In this document: positions 21,255 to 21,410 of the stretch, in pieces
Layout of the letters: every line of letters begins with the position of its first letter
How positions within the stretch are numbered: position 1 is the stretch's first letter
NCBI GenBank assembly: GCA_045863335.1
Contig: BTVY01000015.1
Span: forward strand, 1 to 21,410
From: Candidatus Hydrogenedentota bacterium
GTDB lineage: Bacteria > Hydrogenedentota > Hydrogenedentia > Hydrogenedentales > SLHB01
DNA: 21,410 nt
Reading direction: 5' to 3'
Notes under the pieces: model-generated
Told to the model about the DNA's origin: nothing
Seen by the model: only the letters and a program-made list of their open reading frames with translations
The model's database searches: none
Translations under genes and position numbers: made by a program

Positions 21255-21410
21255 GGAGCACGGGCGTCCCGCCCGTGTGCACTTCCTCGACGCCCCCACC
21301 CCCATTCCGCATTCATCACTCATCATTCCGCATTCATCATTCATCACTCCCCATTCCGCATTCCCCAGTCCCCAGTCCGCAATCCCCAGTCCGCAATCCG
21401 CATTCCGCAT
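21255..21410 (+). repeat. Composite repeat, right copy: GGAG-tagged REP hairpin plus at least 15 degenerate heptamers running off the window end
   Basis: GGAG-CACGGGCG-tcc-CGCCCGTG (perfect 8-bp stem). From 21304: attccgc attcatc actcatc attccgc attcatc attcatc actcccc attccgc attcccc agtcccc agtccgc aatcccc agtccgc aatccgc attccgc. Confidence 0.85.

Noticed and set aside
21141-21410. 89-aa minus-strand ORF (MRNADCGLGIADWG...) and similar ORFs at 18475-18711 and 19439-19852
   Set aside because: These are translation artefacts of the heptamer and REP repeats.

Overview
GC-rich bacterial chromosomal window. Housekeeping flanks are an FHA-GAF-sigma54 activator (minus strand), a shortened yceD-rpmF-plsX-fabG operon, gltBD glutamate synthase and a divergent prs. 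Between fabG and gltD, on the minus strand (about 4.8-11.8 kb), sits a compact, translationally coupled cluster that looks like an undescribed RiPP system. A near-consensus sigma70 promoter drives two small Cys-free peptides that start with a SCIFF/ranthipeptide-like MKH(I/V)xxIT leader. They are followed by an intrinsic terminator, three RimL-type GNATs, a CPBP (Abi/CAAX) intramembrane protease, an ABC-2 exporter and a CteB-like RRE/radical-SAM/SPASM protein. That protein has lost the CxxxCxxC motif and the AuxI ligands, keeps only the AuxII cysteines, and is fused to a fourth GNAT domain. The right end holds a YhcG/DUF1016 PD-(D/E)XK gene whose linker is encoded by five in-frame DNA palindromes. 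This gene is bracketed by direct repeats made of a REP-like hairpin plus a heptamer array. All family assignments come from motifs recognised by eye; no searches were run.
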